Part shown: positions 53,765-55,419 of the stretch, in pieces
Numbering within the stretch: position 1 is the stretch's first letter
Layout of the letters: each line of letters begins with the position of its first letter
Translations under genes and position numbers: made by a program
DNA from: Stramenopiles sp. TOSAG23-3
Taxonomy: Eukaryota
Assembly: GCA_900128585.1 (NCBI GenBank)
Contig: LT642157.1
Coordinates: 1-55,419 of the forward strand
Direction of reading: 5' to 3'
DNA length: 55,419 bases
The notes under the pieces: model-generated
Told to the model about the DNA's origin: nothing
What the model saw: only the letters and a program-made list of their open reading frames with translations
Database searches by the model: none

Positions 53765-55099
53765 ATGGCAGTTTCCAATCTAAACGGAACCGATGCTACT
53801 GAACTGGCTGCATTACGAGCAGAGAATGCAAAATTACGACGGGCCAGTTTCCAGCAAGAAAATAAAGGCGATGGATCCCTTGCTACTCAAATTGAACTTC
53901 ATCGACTTAAAAAAGCAGAAGAGGAAGCCCAAGCTGAGTTGCCTGCAGATGAATGTTGTAAAACCAGGCGCCAAAAATTGGTCGCAGCACATGTTCTGTC
54001 ATTTTTCCTTGGCATGGGAATTTTTTCCTTTGGGATGATCAATGTACTGGACCAGTCAAGCTTTCGTGAAGGAAATACTTTCCTTCCTTTAATGTTTGCC
54101 ACCGGGGGTGGCCTAATCGTCGCCGATAGTCTCCGACGTTTAAGTCGCGATGTAAAGACAGGAAGATGCCCTGGTCAGCGGGATACAAGGAGGCGGTTCA
54201 ATGACGAACATGTAGACGGTGAAATTGGATTTGGAGTGGACTACGACGGGGACGCGTTTCATGAACAGCTCTTAGAAGAAGGGAATAGAAGTATCACCAC
54301 CACCCGGCAAAGTGAAAGGAAGAAGCGCAAATCCCAAATTAAGGCACAAGAAAAGGCAGAGGCGGCTTTAAAACTGTTGAAAATGAGAGAAGAGTACGAG
54401 CGAACTTTGGTTGGTTCGTCCGACGAAGAGGAAGAAAGTGAGGAGGAGAAATCCGTCGACAGTGGGAGCAGCAAGAAAGAGAAGAACGCGCCAGAGAAAA
54501 GCGACGTCCGTGAAGAAGCAAAAGGCGACAAGAAAGGTGTTGACGAACCGGTCGCGGAAACGGGCGCAGCCAAGTCCGCACACTCTGATTTATCGTCCTT
54601 GCCACCACTGCAGAACAAGGCTGTAGAAAAGGAAACTGACAGCACAGCCGATCCCCAAGCCAACGCGACTCGGCCTTCGGAAACCACAACAGACCCTTCG
54701 GAAACCATAGCAGACGCTTTGGAAAACGCAGCGGAAACTGCAGAAAACGCAGCGGAAACTGCAGAAAACGCAGCGGAAACTGCAGAAAAGAAGAAGAAAA
54801 AAAAGAAGAAGAAGAAAAAGAAGAAGAAGCGAGATTCAAAGAAAGTCGTTGAAGATACTGGGGATGTCACTCCAGCACAACCGCCGCCGCCAAAACAGCC
54901 ACCTCCTCAAAAAGTTGTGAACCAAATCTTAAACCAGCCCTTACCACCAAAGAACCCCCCAATGAGACAACAGAACAATATGGGGAACAGTGCGGGGCAG
55001 TTGAAATCTATACCTAGCCCCCCAAAACAACCACCCCCGATAAAAAAAAGTTCTGCTGCAGAGAGCCGAAACCCTTTCGACGATTCCGATAGTGACTAA
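53765..55099 (+). CDS. Two-TM membrane protein with low-complexity tail, poly-Lys and terminal NPF motif (444 aa)
   Basis: Two hydrophobic helices; 21-bp unit x3 at 54722-54784 (ENAAETA); Lys14; Pro-rich region; ends RNPFDDSDSD. Confidence 0.8.
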   Translation: MAVSNLNGTDATELAALRAENAKLRRASFQQENKGDGSLATQIELHRLKKAEEEAQAELPADECCKTRRQKLVAAHVLSFFLGMGIFSFGMINVLDQSSFREGNTFLPLMFATGGGLIVADSLRRLSRDVKTGRCPGQRDTRRRFNDEHVDGEIGFGVDYDGDAFHEQLLEEGNRSITTTRQSERKKRKSQIKAQEKAEAALKLLKMREEYERTLVGSSDEEEESEEEKSVDSGSSKKEKNAPEKSDVREEAKGDKKGVDEPVAETGAAKSAHSDLSSLPPLQNKAVEKETDSTADPQANATRPSETTTDPSETIADALENAAETAENAAETAENAAETAEKKKKKKKKKKKKKKRDSKKVVEDTGDVTPAQPPPPKQPPPQKVVNQILNQPLPPKNPPMRQQNNMGNSAGQLKSIPSPPKQPPPIKKSSAAESRNPFDDSDSD

Positions 55100-55143
55100 A
55101 TTTAGCAAGTGTCAAAAGACAAAAAAGAAATTTCCCTCTCCTA

Positions 55144-55163
55144 TTTAGGGTTAGGGTTAGGTT
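55144..55163 (+). repeat. Interstitial telomere-like repeat (TTAGGG)~3
   Basis: TTTAGGGTTAGGGTTAGGTT. Confidence 0.65.
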
Positions 55164-55419
55164 GCTGATTCAGAAATGAAAGTAGAAAGAGAATATTGAT
55201 AGGTACGACTGTAATTATAAATATGTAAGTATATAAATACTTGTTTTACATAGGATATCCTATTCAATCCAAACCAATCCTGCTGTAATTATTTATAAAT
55301 GCTTCTCATAATATTTTAACTGTAAAGCACATCGCAGTATTTAAATTATTTTAGTAAGTATTATGAAACGAGGAAGGTGATGTCATTGACCTATAAGTTA
55401 ACATGATCAATAAAAAGGG

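Noticed and set aside
40281..54784. Tandem 21-54 bp repeats as CRISPR-like arrays
   Set aside because: No unique spacers, all are in-frame coding repeats, no cas genes, eukaryotic context
1..55419. tRNA, rRNA, snRNA genes and autonomous transposons
   Set aside because: No cloverleaf/T-loop, rRNA or snRNA signature and no transposase, RT or integrase ORF recognised by eye; a covariance-model scan was not possible

Overview
Gene-dense eukaryotic nuclear DNA in the standard genetic code, from a probably unicellular, flagellated organism (kinesin-2 and a lebercilin-like gene; lineage cannot be fixed from this window). About 23 protein-coding genes, almost all intronless (one clear 106-nt GT-AG intron, in EMC10), are separated by AT-rich, microsatellite-laden spacers with four N gaps. 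Recognisable genes: SMC2, UBE2C, kinesin-2, EMC10, a 4796-aa HECT E3 ligase (malectin, LamG, RanBP2-ZnF and nested SPRY domains), a CLN5-like thiol enzyme, an ER-targeted DUF427 protein, MFS, ankyrin, PDZ, TMEM151-like and Asp-box propeller proteins. The 39-50 kb region looks accessory: orphan secreted and membrane proteins, a split gene with a rearranged partial copy, a GNAT remnant, and a four-copy degenerate repeat family, one copy bounded by 13-bp inverted repeats. Best leads: (1) a possibly glycan-sensing giant E3 ligase, (2) secreted helical proteins sharing a post-signal [LM]R motif and acidic Ser-Gly-Pro tails, (3) membrane-anchored CLN5, (4) the new repeat family and insertion-type divergence between duplicates. 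All domain calls are from motif recognition by eye; no searches were run.
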